A stretch of DNA of 56,764 bases, filler included, from Dugesia japonica (Eukaryota): the NCBI GenBank assembly GCA_001938525.1. It is 6 parts of 6 records of this genome, joined end to end, with 100 filler letters (N's around TTAATTAATTAA, not from the genome) between each part and the next. Parts side by side here need not be neighbours in the genome. Positions count along the whole stretch, not along the records: positions 28,964 to 37,854 come from MQRL01322976.1; positions 37,955 to 46,625 come from MQRL01293102.1; 4 more parts are not named here. One strand, 5' to 3'. The notes beneath the pieces are model-generated. The model did not search any database. It saw nothing but the letters and a program-made list of their open reading frames with translations, and was not told where the DNA came from. Numbering within the stretch: the stretch's first letter is position 1; each line of letters begins with the position of its first letter. Shown in pieces: positions 32,580 to 45,149 of the stretch. The position numbers and the translations under genes are program-made.

Positions 32580-35500
32580 GCGATGAAAATCATCAGAATG
32601 ATATCGCGGTGAATCCTTCAAAGGTAATCCCGAAGAAATAAACGAGTTCCTCCTAAGCTATGAAGAGCATGCCAAAGCTTTTGAGTGGGAAGAAAAAGAC
32701 AAAATCGAAATGATACCACTTCACCTGGAAGGAACTGCAAAATTGCTCTATAGACAGCAGATACGAGCTAAAGGAGAACTGTTCAACTCATGAAATGATA
32801 TAGAGCAATTACTACGAAAAAACTTTGAAATCCCAAGAGAATTCCAACATGCATTCAGAGAAGTAATATACTGTAAACAGCAAGAAGGAAAGAGCCCAAT
32901 ATTATATGCCATCAGGTTTAGACAACGCCTTCCGACAGAAAATTGGTTCCCAGAAAATGATATTGCATGCATCAATCCCTATATCGAAGGAATCTTGGAT
33001 AAAAAATTACAACCATTCATCAAAAATCGAAAACCTCAAACATTAGAAGAAGCAATCAAAATGCATCAAGAATATGAACCAGAGACATCACAACTAGTCC
33101 CACGACCAAGACGATGCAGTAAATGTCGACGCAATGGTCATCAGGAAAAATGATTGCCGTAATATAAAGAAAAATGTGGAAAATGTGGACGTAAAGGACA
33201 TAAGAGTGAGGACTGCACGAATGCACCACTCATCTGTCGTTATTGTCAAAAAACTGACTATCAAAAATTAAATTGCCCTAAGAAAGGATGTCGAGGTAGT
33301 AGAAATAATATGAAAGAAGACGAAGAAGTGAGGTATGTGCATGAAAACTGGCAAGTTTGTAAAAAGACTCTAGAAAACAATCTATCAGAAAGGTTATGTA
33401 TGCTACATATAAAACCAGACTAAACACCCTTTAATCAAGAAAAGAAGGAAGCAGAAAAAGTTGCGATCAAAAAAGTAATGGAAGAAGGAGCGGTAAAAGA
33501 ACAAAATAACAAATGTATATGGGGACTATATGAACAACTGGCATGAAGGAAACAAAGGAAAAATGAAACCTTTCAGGAGTTTGCAGCCACAATAAAGGAT
33601 TTGGCAAGATTAGCAGGCCTAACAAATGAGCAAATGATAATAAGATGTTTTAGATCTGGCTTACGAAACACATTGGTAAGAAGTCACGTAGCTTCAAGCA
33701 AACCCCCTGATTTGAACACTTCTATATTAAAAGCCGAAGCCATGAGTGAAGTATTAGCGGAGCAACGACTAATTTTAGGAAAGGAAACTGCTAGTCAAGA
33801 AACAAGGCATGGACAAAATAACATGAAAAGTAGATGTCAAAATTGCCAGAGAACTCATCCTAATACTAATCAATGTACTATCAAATATACTCATTATAGC
33901 ATCTNCGGTCGGAAAAACCACCCTATGGTTAATTGTTGGCACAGATATTGTAGCAAATGCGGCAAGAATGAACACCCAGAAGAGAGATACCTACTCAAGA
34001 GAATCAGATCAGAAGAAGAACAAAATTCAGAAAACAATAATGAAGTTAACGAAGTCCATAAGCAACAAATTGAGAATCGAGGCAAGGAAGCAGCATGATT
34101 AGTCATGTTAAAAATCAAATTACCAGAAAACCAGGAAACTAATACAGTATCACCAAAAACTCAACAAGTACAAAAATGTTACATTTGCAACAAACAAGGG
34201 CACCAAGCAAAGGAATGCCCAAGAAAAAATAGGGTATGTTATGTCTGTAGAAAACCGGGTCATATTGCAAGATTATGTCGACAGAGAATAGACATTGCAA
34301 GACCGAGGAATATAATTGAGGTTGGAAAAAGTCGTCATTACGAAGAAAATAGTTCTCCAATTAAATATGAACAATGATACACAATAAGACAAGATAAATA
34401 TGATGAAAATACAAGGAGCAAGTTGGTAACAAGAATCCTCTTCAAAGAAAACCAATAATTAAGTGAAAAAATGAAAAGTAATCAACAAAGAATCACTCGA
34501 CTAAGAAAAGCCCTAACTAAACTGAAACCCAATGCGACAGAAAACGCACCAGAAATCATCATACAAAACGAGGATAAAATAACTCCGGAAGAGAAAACAA
34601 ACACGGAACTTAATAAAGAGAAACAAAATGAGCTAATAGCAGTAATAGAAACTCAAGATGGCGGATTTAGCTTCTCACTAATAATACGAATTAACAACCA
34701 ACCAATGAAAACCCTATTGGACACTGGAGCATCCCGATCAGTATTGAATAGAAACAATATATCCCAAAACAAAAGAAAAGAAATAAAACCCTATACAACC
34801 CGAGGAACAGGGGTTAATGGAGAAACCGTGTGGATCATTGGAACATTAGAGTGCAATGCACAACTTCAAGGAAAAACAGTAAAGCACCAATTCCTGGTAA
34901 TGAAAACCAATGTGGATGCAGTGTTAGGTACAGACTTAACGCCCAAACTTTAAATCGGGACAAAATTGGATTTCACTACATTTCAAATCAAAATAGAAAA
35001 ACCAAGACTAAATACAATAAACATGTTTTAATTAAGCCAGAAAATGGAAGAAGTGAAGTACGTAAATACCAATCCTGGAAAAGACCGAAACATCCTGGAT
35101 GATCAATGCCAAANNNNNNNNNNNNNNNNNNNNNNNNNNNNNNNNNNNNNNNNNNNNNNNNNNNNNNNNNNNNNNNNNNNNNNNNNGGTCAACGAAATCC
35201 AGGAAATCATCAAAGTGCTAAGTAACAATAAACAATTGATTACAACCAGAACAGCCGAACTCATCGTAGCACTCCATAATTTTAAACCAATGATAAATCC
35301 AGAAAACCAAATAGTATTGGAAGAACTAGTATTTAACCAAGGGCAAAGGTTATCGGGGCTAAAACCAGAATCATTTAAAATAAAAGTCTTTTGGGTTTAC
35401 AATAAAAGAACACTAATAATATCAGGAGATTACCGATGGTGCGATTTAGCGGAATTAGTTAGAAATAACGACCAAGAGGCCAGAGAATCAGTAAACGAGA

Positions 35501-37696
35501 AATCTTAAGAAATACATTTTGGTGCTACACCTATTGACAGTGAATCCATGGATCCAATACAATTAGAAGGACTCTGGAAAAATGCTGGAATCAATATATT
35601 CGTCGAAAATAAAGGAGACGGACCAAACAATCGACATCTAAACCGATTAAAGATAAGCTTGAGAAATAAAGCTCTTCGAGCTTTAACATTATTTGATGAA
35701 CAAATAGAATCAAAGGGGCAAGAACCAAGATTGGCATGGAATAAGAAAATAAAGTATAAAAAGAACTCGGAAGGAGAAAAGATATTGAAAGCACCTAAAG
35801 ACTTACTACGAGCAGTAACTATGCAGCTACAAGAAATAAACAAAATAATTCACAAGGTAAATCTAATGACTGAAGAATCATAAGAGAAAACCGTGGTAGT
35901 AACAAAGATATTAACACTCATAGAAAAAGAACGGCGGACCTTTATCAGTGTGAAAAAGTGCAAAAAATGCGAAAAGAAGGGACATTTCAAAGAAAGTTAT
36001 TGGGCAGATAAAATATGTCACATCTGTGGCAAAAAAGGACACACATGGAAAAACTGTATCAATAAACGGGGAAATTCTAAGAAAGAAAAAACACAAATTC
36101 GCCACAAAAAGAAAGGAAAACGGGAAAATGCAGTGACCGAGTCAATTAAACTCTACATGCTACAGGTGGAAACCGTAGAAGCTAAAGAATCAGACGATTT
36201 CACAGAAGTGGTGACCAATAGGAAAAATGAAAGAGAAACAATGAGCAAAATGAAAACCAAAAGCCAGATGTCAGAAGCAGGCGCTCTAAATTCACAGGAA
36301 GTCGAAATAAATCAAATATATAGCCCAGAACAAGTAAACTATATAACAAGNACAAACTCAAATCAAGAGTCAGAACTATCATCAAATAACGATCTTACAG
36401 ATCAGATGGAAGAGCTGTTACGGGTATTAACGTTACAACTAAAGGAGTTGGAGGTAACCAATGCAGTACGCAAAGTATCGGTAGAAGCAATAGTAGAAAG
36501 TGTCGTAAAGTCAAGACATTCGAAATTCAGAGAACAAGAAAAAAGAACAAAATTCGTAATGCAATTGTTGTTAAAAACCTGGAATGAAACGGAAGAAGTA
36601 ACAATGAAACCCACGATACCTAAACAAAAAGAAAACTATAAGTGTAGTGAATGTGGTAAACTTGGTCATCTGGCAACCTGGTGTTGGAAAATTAGATTAT
36701 GCGAATATTGTGGGTAATCAGATCACCCAAAGAAACTATGTTGAAAAAAACCATGCAAATTATGTGGCAAATTAGAACATGCAGAGAAACAATGTAAAAA
36801 AGAATCGGATATCGAACCTATCTTTAGAGGAGAGGGTTGCACGAGATGTGAAAAAAGAATGCAAAAAATGCAAATGTAAAATGCAAAAAATGTGACCGCA
36901 AAGGACATACTGAAATAGTATGTCAACCTGACAAACAATGTACCAAGTGTAGAGGGAGAGGACATCTAGTAGAACAATGTGGCATTCCTAGATGTTTCAA
37001 CTGTGGTAGAACCGGACACACCATGAGAANGTGCCGATTTAAAGCAAGTAGTAAAGACTTAGCTCTAATAATAGAAAGATCAAACAAGTTGTGTATGTTA
37101 CAAGTAACCAAGGAAGAGGAAACAGAGCAAACGCCTGATATTTTGAATGGAAACCAATTAATGCCACATATAGAACAAGATAATCACCAGACAGTACCAG
37201 AAGACTGGCAGAAATGCTTAATGCGTACGATGGCCGGATATCTAGATTAGAGGAAACCTTACGGCTGAGTCAAGTGCAATGCCAAAATCTCAAGTTTTTA
37301 GCAAATAAAGCAATGGGTGAAAAAAGAGATGGAATAATATTAAGGGATACAGAGATGACCCACCTACAAAGAAGAATATCATTCAGTCAAAACCATATTT
37401 TCCGATTAGAAGAGTCTTTACGTTCAAGCCAAATACAATGTCAAAACTTTAAACTATTATCTAAGAAGACCATAGAAGAACAGAGAGCAACCAGTGGAAA
37501 ATTGTTAGAAATAATTGAGGAAAGAAAAAGATTCTACAAACAGTTAATGGATCAACAACAGAACTGGAAAACCAGAGCAGACGAAAATTTAAACATGAGC
37601 AAAATCGATCAGCCTCAAGCTCCAAAACCAAATGATAACGAAATCTGGAACAAAGCGGCACCAACAAAGCCCATTGCAATAATAAGCCCCATCTGA
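32580..37696 (+). pseudogene. Disrupted LTR-retrotransposon-derived polyprotein: capsid, zinc knuckles, second capsid C-domain, knuckles, aspartic protease, more knuckles, coiled coil; no RT
   Basis: SFKGNPEEINEFL..YE..W..LEGTAK..KQQEGKS..FIKNRKPQTLEEAI (32610-33060). Second MHR-like KQRKNETFQEFA..FRSGL (33550-33665). LLDTGASRS..DAVLGTD (34714-34938). About 16 CCHC-type knuckles. Confidence 0.85.
34471..34953 (+). CDS. Retropepsin-type aspartic protease segment
   Basis: INNQPMKTLLDTGASRSVL, flap GTGVNG, DAVLGTD. Confidence 0.9.
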   Translation: MKSNQQRITRLRKALTKLKPNATENAPEIIIQNEDKITPEEKTNTELNKEKQNELIAVIETQDGGFSFSLIIRINNQPMKTLLDTGASRSVLNRNNISQNKRKEIKPYTTRGTGVNGETVWIIGTLECNAQLQGKTVKHQFLVMKTNVDAVLGTDLTPKL

Positions 37697-37854
37697 CAGA
37701 ACCAATCATTCAATGGACAATCAGACAACTCGATAATCTATTCGGGAGAAAGCAACGAGCGTCACTACTCATCACTTCGTAGAATGACAGGAACCTTTGT
37801 CTGATAAAGCAAAATGAACTTATGATAAATTAACTATAAATATCGGTGTGTAAT

Positions 37855-37954
37855 NNNNNNNNNNNNNNNNNNNNNNNNNNNNNNNNNNNNNNNNNNNNTT
37901 AATTAATTAANNNNNNNNNNNNNNNNNNNNNNNNNNNNNNNNNNNNNNNNNNNN
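37855..37954. other. Artificial contig linker
   Basis: 44 N + TTAATTAATTAA + 44 N. Confidence 0.97.
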
Positions 37955-37977
37955 TTATTATTATTATTATTATTATA

Positions 37978-38016
<39 letters not shown>

Positions 38017-38026
38017 ATTATTATTA
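37955..38026. repeat. (TTA)n microsatellite
   Basis: Direct inspection. Confidence 0.95.
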
Positions 38027-38373
38027 ATCTTCTTTTATGATTATTTACAATTTTGTTTTATCTAAAGAGTCGTTAAACCTTTTGTTATAAAAAGAAGACT
38101 AAATATTTCTTATTATTAACCTTATTATTTACATCATTAAGAATAAATCAAAAGAAACATTATACTTTTATAAAATGCAAGACAATAAATATTTCTTTTC
38201 CTATTATTAATATACATAATGAATAAATAAAACAATAACAAATAGATAACATTTATTTCATCTTTTAAACACAAAATCACAATAAGTTGTCAAATAATCA
38301 TAGTGTTTGCCTTCTTTGAGAATCAAAGGTCATTAAACAGAGCAAATATCTACTTATTATTTAATTATTAATT

Positions 38374-40420
38374 TTAGGCCATACTATTATTTCTTACACT
38401 CCAAAAGTGCTTATCATCCATGCAAGACAATACGTGTTTCTTACTCTCTATTGTAAAAACCTGATGATTTATTGATTGGAAGCAAGTCTGCATAACTCTG
38501 TTTGGTTCTTCATCTCCATCTCCATCTTTGTTGTATGCACTTACATAAGTTTCATGATTGATATTTGTTAGTTTTAAACTGGTTCCTTTTGCTTTCATTG
38601 TCATACTAGCATCTGCTTTCTTCAAACTATAACATGTGGGTCTTAGGAAGACCCATTCAGTATAATTTTCACCTTTTCCTTCATCTTTAAACAATTCAAT
38701 TTTATTCACACATTGCTGGAATAGAGTGGATGGTATTTTGAATAATTGCTTGTATCCACTAGACCATCCGATTTCAGCTGAGAAAAGTGTTGGTTTTTAT
38801 CTACTCCAGTACACAATAAGAAAAACTATTTGTATCCTCTGCAATAATATCAATTTATCAACCAAATTGTTTTTGATATTTATCTAGTTATTCATATTGG
38901 AGCGTATACAGTTGCTATTTACTCAAATCGAGAACCACCTGACCAATATAACTCAGTATATCTAGACATATTGTATCTTTCTCTGGCAAAACAGCCTTGA
39001 GTCCTTCTGCAATATTCATTGTTTGCTTAAATGTAGCTATACTAGTGTAAGTTACAAATTTCTTCGTATTGTTATATATCCGGAGTTCCACACGCTTCTT
39101 TAAACTCTCCACAGTCTTACCATATAACGCATTATTTAATATTTTGTAGAAATGCTTTTCAAATTTGGACTTATGTTCTGGTCTTCTCGCTAAATTTGCA
39201 TTAATATAAGTATTTCTGTTTGTTTGAACTGAATTATTCTATGTATTGCAGTCACACGAACCTCTAGCTTTATATATAATTCTTACAATCTACAATATAC
39301 TATATAATGTCGTTTTGGTTCGAGTGTCATTAACAACGTCTTAACATTTGATCCAGGTTGACATTTATGTTCTGGAGCTAAAGGTAATTGATCGAACTTA
39401 TTATGATGTTCGATAGATATTTTAAAATCAATTTCAAGCAAGTAGTTAATCTCGTTATTGTTACAGACGAAATTCTTCTGATATGTTTTTTCATTTTGAT
39501 CTTCTGATACAATTTCAAAATCTCTATATGGTAAAGGCTGTATTAAGGCCCAACCATATAGGTTATTAATGTCAATGTAAAGCAGTGAGGTATTCTCATC
39601 CGCCTGGAAATAATGCTTGTTCACAAATGTCATTCCTTCACAAATTTCTTACTCTTACAGACAATGTATTTCAGCATCTTGGAGTAACTCTATTGGCCTA
39701 TCCATCGACTTGAGAGCACTTGAACAACTCAATTCTGGCAATGAAAGCAATCTTAATGGCTCCAATCCATGTTTTTCAAGTGCCTTTTTACTAAATGTTT
39801 GAAATACATTGGCTATCTATATCTATATTATTGTTTTTCGATTTTATGTTCTTTGCTATTTCATATTCTTCCCTTGTTATTTCTGAGGATCATGCTGGTA
39901 AATCGGTTTGATTTATGAGCATTTCATACGAAGTTGCAAATTTATATGGGAATATACCCTTGCTTTGTTGAACATGTATAAATTCAGTTGATGTTATGGA
40001 CGAGCATTCAAGAGTTTTTGTTAATGATGATAAACCTGAACTGAGAAACTGGAATGAATTTATAAATCGTATCGTGGCATCATTTCTAACATGTGCAAAC
40101 ATAGCCAAAACCTTTTCAGTTGTCTGGGCAATTGGATTGAGATCCCAATGCAAAAATTTCTTGAGCGCATATTCGATAATGTGATGTGAATCATAACCTT
40201 TAAAGTTATGAAACACAACAGACAACTATTCTTGCGTGATAAGTTAAATTGATTACATGCTTCTCTGAGATATTTTCTAGTATAGTGATCATGACAACGA
40301 ACCAGTTTGTGTTTATTACTTCTACACATGTAGCAATGTATGCTTTTTGTAAAGTCATCTTGTTCTGTTATGTCACGTTCATCTATGTACACATAATTTT
40401 CTTTTACTAAGGAGCTACTA
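38374..40420 (-). pseudogene. Decayed Polinton-type protein-primed PolB, diverged from the copy at 11191
   Basis: Ordered fragments CHDHYTRKYLREACNQFNL, FHNFKGYDSH, RFINSFQFL, KGIFPY, YIDINNLYGWA, YIGQVVLDLSK, EDTNS, FKDEGKG..FLRPTCYS, KAKG, DDK. Confidence 0.9.
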
Positions 40421-40459
40421 CATTTTTAGACAATTTATCAATACATTGTAAAAGGTTTT

Positions 40460-40740
40460 ACAAATCTCCAGGAATCCTTAAATTTAATCAAACTCTAAAA
40501 ATACCCAATAAATCCAAAGAACAACTTAAATTTCATTAAAATTCCATAACCTCCTGAAATTTCATAAAAGAAAACCTAATAGTTTTCTTAAAATTCATGA
40601 AAAACTTCATAAATTCCTCAAAACTCCAGAGAAAAACCTCATAGTTCACTTAAAATTCATAAAGAAAAACTTTATAATTTCTTCAGAATGCGTAAAAAAC
40701 TCCATAAACGCCTTAAATTTCACAAAAACCCCCAAAATTA
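40460..40740. repeat. Degenerate short tandem repeats
   Basis: Recurring cttaaa(a/t)ttcat.aa..aaact(c/t)cata motifs at roughly 30-35 bp spacing. Confidence 0.55.
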
Positions 40741-40744
40741 CATC

Positions 40745-41130
40745 ATATAATGCTAATAGTTTTATGTAATGATAATATAATGATAATATTTTGTTATCAT
40801 TCAACTGAGAATTAAATATTACCTATACATTGTGTAAAGAACTATTACTTAAAAATGTAACGTTTAAAAAATAATATATAATGATAATATTTGTATGTAA
40901 TGATAATATTTAGACAGCAATCAACTCAGAATTAAAAACTACCTATATATTGTCTAAAGAACCAGTACTTAAAAATGCTTTCTACTCAAGATAACATATA
41001 ATGATAAGAGTTATATATAATGATAATATTTTCATATCATTGCACAGAGAATTAAAAACTGCCTATTCATTGATTAAAGGACTACTATCAAAAAATGTTT
41101 CGTTCAAGAAGGGATACATTTTAATAATAG
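40745..41130 (+). repeat. 120-bp tandem repeat, about 3 copies, probably decayed 40-codon coding repeat
   Basis: agaattaaa at 40808, 40928 and 41048. Translations YNDNILLSFN*ELNITYTLCKELLLKNV / CNDNI*TAINSELKTTYILSKEPVLKNA / YNDNIFISLHRELKTAYSLIKGLLSKNV. Confidence 0.8.
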
Positions 41131-42379
41131 TGTTTCACCAAATGACTCTAAGTTATTAATTATTAATTGATAAACTATTTTACTTAGGAAAATGTTACTT
41201 TGAGAAGATTGTGATTCACCCGCAGAAGATTTCCTATATAATAATAATTCTATATTTTACTTAACTACTATTACCATATTTGAGTTAGAGTTGATAGAAG
41301 AAATATATATGTTTCGTCTATGAAGAACGACATTTAGTTTTAAAAGATGTGATACACTTCCTGAAGTATTTAAATAATTTATTGATGAAAGATACTGTAC
41401 TACATCTAATCTTGGAAAGGTTAATATTGTTTTAAGTCTGAAGATATTGTTTCTTGTAATTCTCTACCAAGAACTAAGAAAAATCGTGTTATTTTCTCAG
41501 ATTTAGTCGATAAGTAGAATCCAGAGATACAAAAATGTTATTTTATGTGAGTTGAGCATAATAACTGTAGTGTGATATGCATTTCTTATTTTGAATAAAA
41601 TCAATATGAGGAATAAAATTTATTGTTTTATATTCTTCAAGTTATATAAAAACAATCCAGATAGAGTATATCATGGTTTATGATTATACTTTAAACAGTT
41701 ATTGTAATGATAAGTACAGATAAATTTCGTTTAATATAGATGATGGAGAAAAGATAAAAGATATTTAAGATGTATAATCAATTCTCATAGATACTGTCTA
41801 GACTCTAGAGAGACAATTGAGATTTCTGTAAAATTTTTATGAGTAACGACTGGAACACTGATTATTCTGTCGCTTTCAGAGATAATGATAATTTGTTTTG
41901 TCCGCAGTTCTTAGTTCTTTCTTATTACTCGATGATCAAAAATACTTTTATCATATTATTGGAAACTTAGTTTTTTATTAAATTGTTTTTCACGTATAAA
42001 AAATTATTAGGTTTTATTTTATGTTTATGTCGCTATATGAAGAAAGATGCCTGACACTACACTATAATTTAGCTGATTCTTTAAATACAGTAATCCCCAC
42101 GTATTGTGATCATGTTTGTCAATTTATAATTGTTCCTAAATGACGATTCTAATAACCGAAAAAGAACGGTCCTTTGAAAGTTGATTCTATAAAGGCGCTG
42201 ATTTTAATAAAAAGTTATCACAATAATGGCACTTACTGTAGTTTCAGAATATATTTATTTTACTATTATTATTAATATTCTTATTATTAATAATATTATT
42301 ACTAACATTATTATTGTCTGTGATCATTATTTATTGTTAAATAAATAATTAATTATATTAATTATATTTCATAAATTAG

Positions 42380-43420
42380 AATGTCCTACTCCATATTCAA
42401 TTGTTTGCCCATGTCCAGGAAATCCCAGATTGAAATCCATAATACGTCATTTTTACGTAACTGTCAATTGTAAATGCGTACATCGCAAGATTCTNATTCC
42501 ATGTCCTTGCCACAAAATACCAAATAAAATAGAAATTGGGTCATGTACACCAGAAAACACAAAAACTATTAAAGTATTTAAATCTGTTAATATTCAAAAA
42601 GGATGCAAATGGGAATTATTCAAATCGTATCAAGATATTTGCGGTTAGTCAAATATTTTATGAATATTTCTAAAAATGATAATTTTTTGTCTTTCAGAAT
42701 GTAAAAAGCTTTCCATTATAAAAACATGTCTCAAACACTCAATATATCGTACGACTACATTATCAAACTATCGCGTTAAAATTCCCGATCAATTTCCAAA
42801 GCATATATGTGTAGAATCAGAAATAGTTAAAGACAAAATAATTCGTGAGTTTTTCAGTAGCGATTTAAATATATCGAATTCACAAAAAATTTTAGAATGC
42901 AATAAAAACTACATTTCCTATGGATATTGCAGCAATTATAGACAATCCGTAATAGAATGCGTGTACAGAAGTGTAAATTGTCGATGTGAAATGAGTTGTC
43001 ATATAATTCGTTATCGTTGTTGTGAATTTCAAAAACTGGATTACTGCAAAACAACATGTATAAGAAATATNNNNNNNNCTATTTGTTATAAACACAAATC
43101 TGGACCATCACGATGCATTTTAGATTTCACTTCAAAGATTCCCATTGTTGAAAAATGTCCATCAGAAACCAATATTCAATGTAGAGAATTGAATTATCCA
43201 ATCAATAATTGTTATTATAAATCATGCGATAAATCATTTTACGTTTATCAAAATTGTCGGTGTGTTACACATACCCAAACAAAATACACGATTATTCGAG
43301 CTCGAAAACCTACAAGACAAATACGATGCATCCATAATAGGAAAGTTGTGAAAATAACAAATTTTATCGTTAAACAAAATCGATGCCAACCATTGTATCG
43401 TGAAGAGTTCATTAATATCG
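42380..43420 (+). CDS. Host gene, two internal exons (42380-42643, 42698-43420) of a cysteine-rich repeat protein
   Basis: AG/GT boundaries, 54-bp intron, all phase 1, open frame with recurring CP...C...NCxCV modules. Confidence 0.75.
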
Positions 43421-45149
43421 GTAATTATAACTTATAATTAAATTGAATTAAATATTTCATAAGTTAAAAAAATATACTATTAGTTTGCTTAAGTAAATAA
43501 TTAATTTGTTAAATTTTAATAATTTTATGGCTTCTTTGAGATTATCTCAGTTTGTTGCATGGGATTGTGGTGTGAGCTCAAACATGTAGGTCTCAAAGTT
43601 AACGATATCAAGAAGTTTTCTATTAATGGTGTGATAGTCATCTAAGAACTGATGATCCCATTCCGGACTTGCTTTGTTGGCTGAGGTGGTTGTTATCAAC
43701 GTCGATGACAACAGTGGCTCAGAAATGGAGCTTGATTCATAGAGTCTCATTTCCCCTCTATTTCCTAAGCGTTCTCTTTTCATATTTTTCTTTTTTGTTT
43801 TGTTTTAACAGATATCTGCTTATCTCACTACGACATAGCGACCCTCTGAAAATTGTCTGGCCTGTAAGCTAATTTGTGTTTTCACGGAATTTCTAGACGT
43901 GCGTTATTTTTTGTTAACGGTATTTTAACACCAAAAATATACCAGGAAAAATGATAATTAATATATAACCTAATATTTTAAAATATTCTATTGATAAAAT
44001 GTTTATGTATACTTCTACTTGTTTCATTTATTTTAATAAATATATATGAATACTAATTTGTTAATCGTTGGTAATACACATTAACACACTAAAATATAAT
44101 TAGATTCTCAAATAAATCTTGAAACAAGATTATTTCACAAATAACTCATAATTGTGGCCTCAATTCTTTAGACTTATTTGAATCTTTCCATTTCGGCCTT
44201 CTCTTATATCGTCAGTATACGTCACAATGGTGACTCTTTCTGGAGAATGTTTGACGGACCAGATTTATTTTGAATTTATTCGATTATATACAATTTTAAA
44301 AGCTATAATCAAAATATTGGTAACAATTTTTTAAAAAATCTCAAAACTAAACATTGAACTAACTTCTTCATATAACGTTTATTAGACCGTGTCAGACAAT
44401 ATGTTGTTGGAATTAGAATGCCTACATTGTTGTGAGTTATTCATGTTAACTTTAAATAAAATCTGATTGATAATATTTTGAAACCGAAAAAGCGGGAGAA
44501 CCTTACAGAACAAAACTGTCATATCTATATAAAATATTGTTCAGTTAGACTCTAACATGGATGAACAATGTGAGACACACGGGTCTCGAGCGACAAGGTT
44601 AACGTTTTTGCATGCAAAACTTTGATTTCTGACTTTTCTAATATATGTTCTCAATGTTGAATTGAAAAAAGGAATTTAAATTACGAAAATTAAATATATT
44701 TAAAAGCAGTGTTTATTTCGCAAAACGTCTTCAAGAGAACCTCTATGTATTTAATTTATTTTGACTATATTTGTAATTGATTAGTAAATTTCATCTTAAT
44801 TTAAAAAGAAAGACAGTATTATAATCACGTGTCTAACTTTTTTATCCTAAAAATGTGCTTAAAACAACCAATAAAACAAATAAAGGTAATAAATTTCCAA
44901 AACAAGACTAATTTAAGAAATAAATCTCATAATGTATATATTCAAAGATTTTATCAAATTTACATTATATTCGAGAGGTTTCCACAATTAGTCACAATGC
45001 AAATCATGTTATTTTTTGGCAAGACAATAAATTGAAGGATTTGAGGTCTTTGAATAAAATTAATTTTAAATAGTTTAATAAGCTGATAGAATATTTGAAA
45101 TCTTGTTTTTACTCATTGGACAAATATTGTTTGCACTACAATTTTCGTG

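Noticed and set aside
43547-43872. Overlapping small ORFs or a possible exon
   Set aside because: No recognisable domain and strand is ambiguous.
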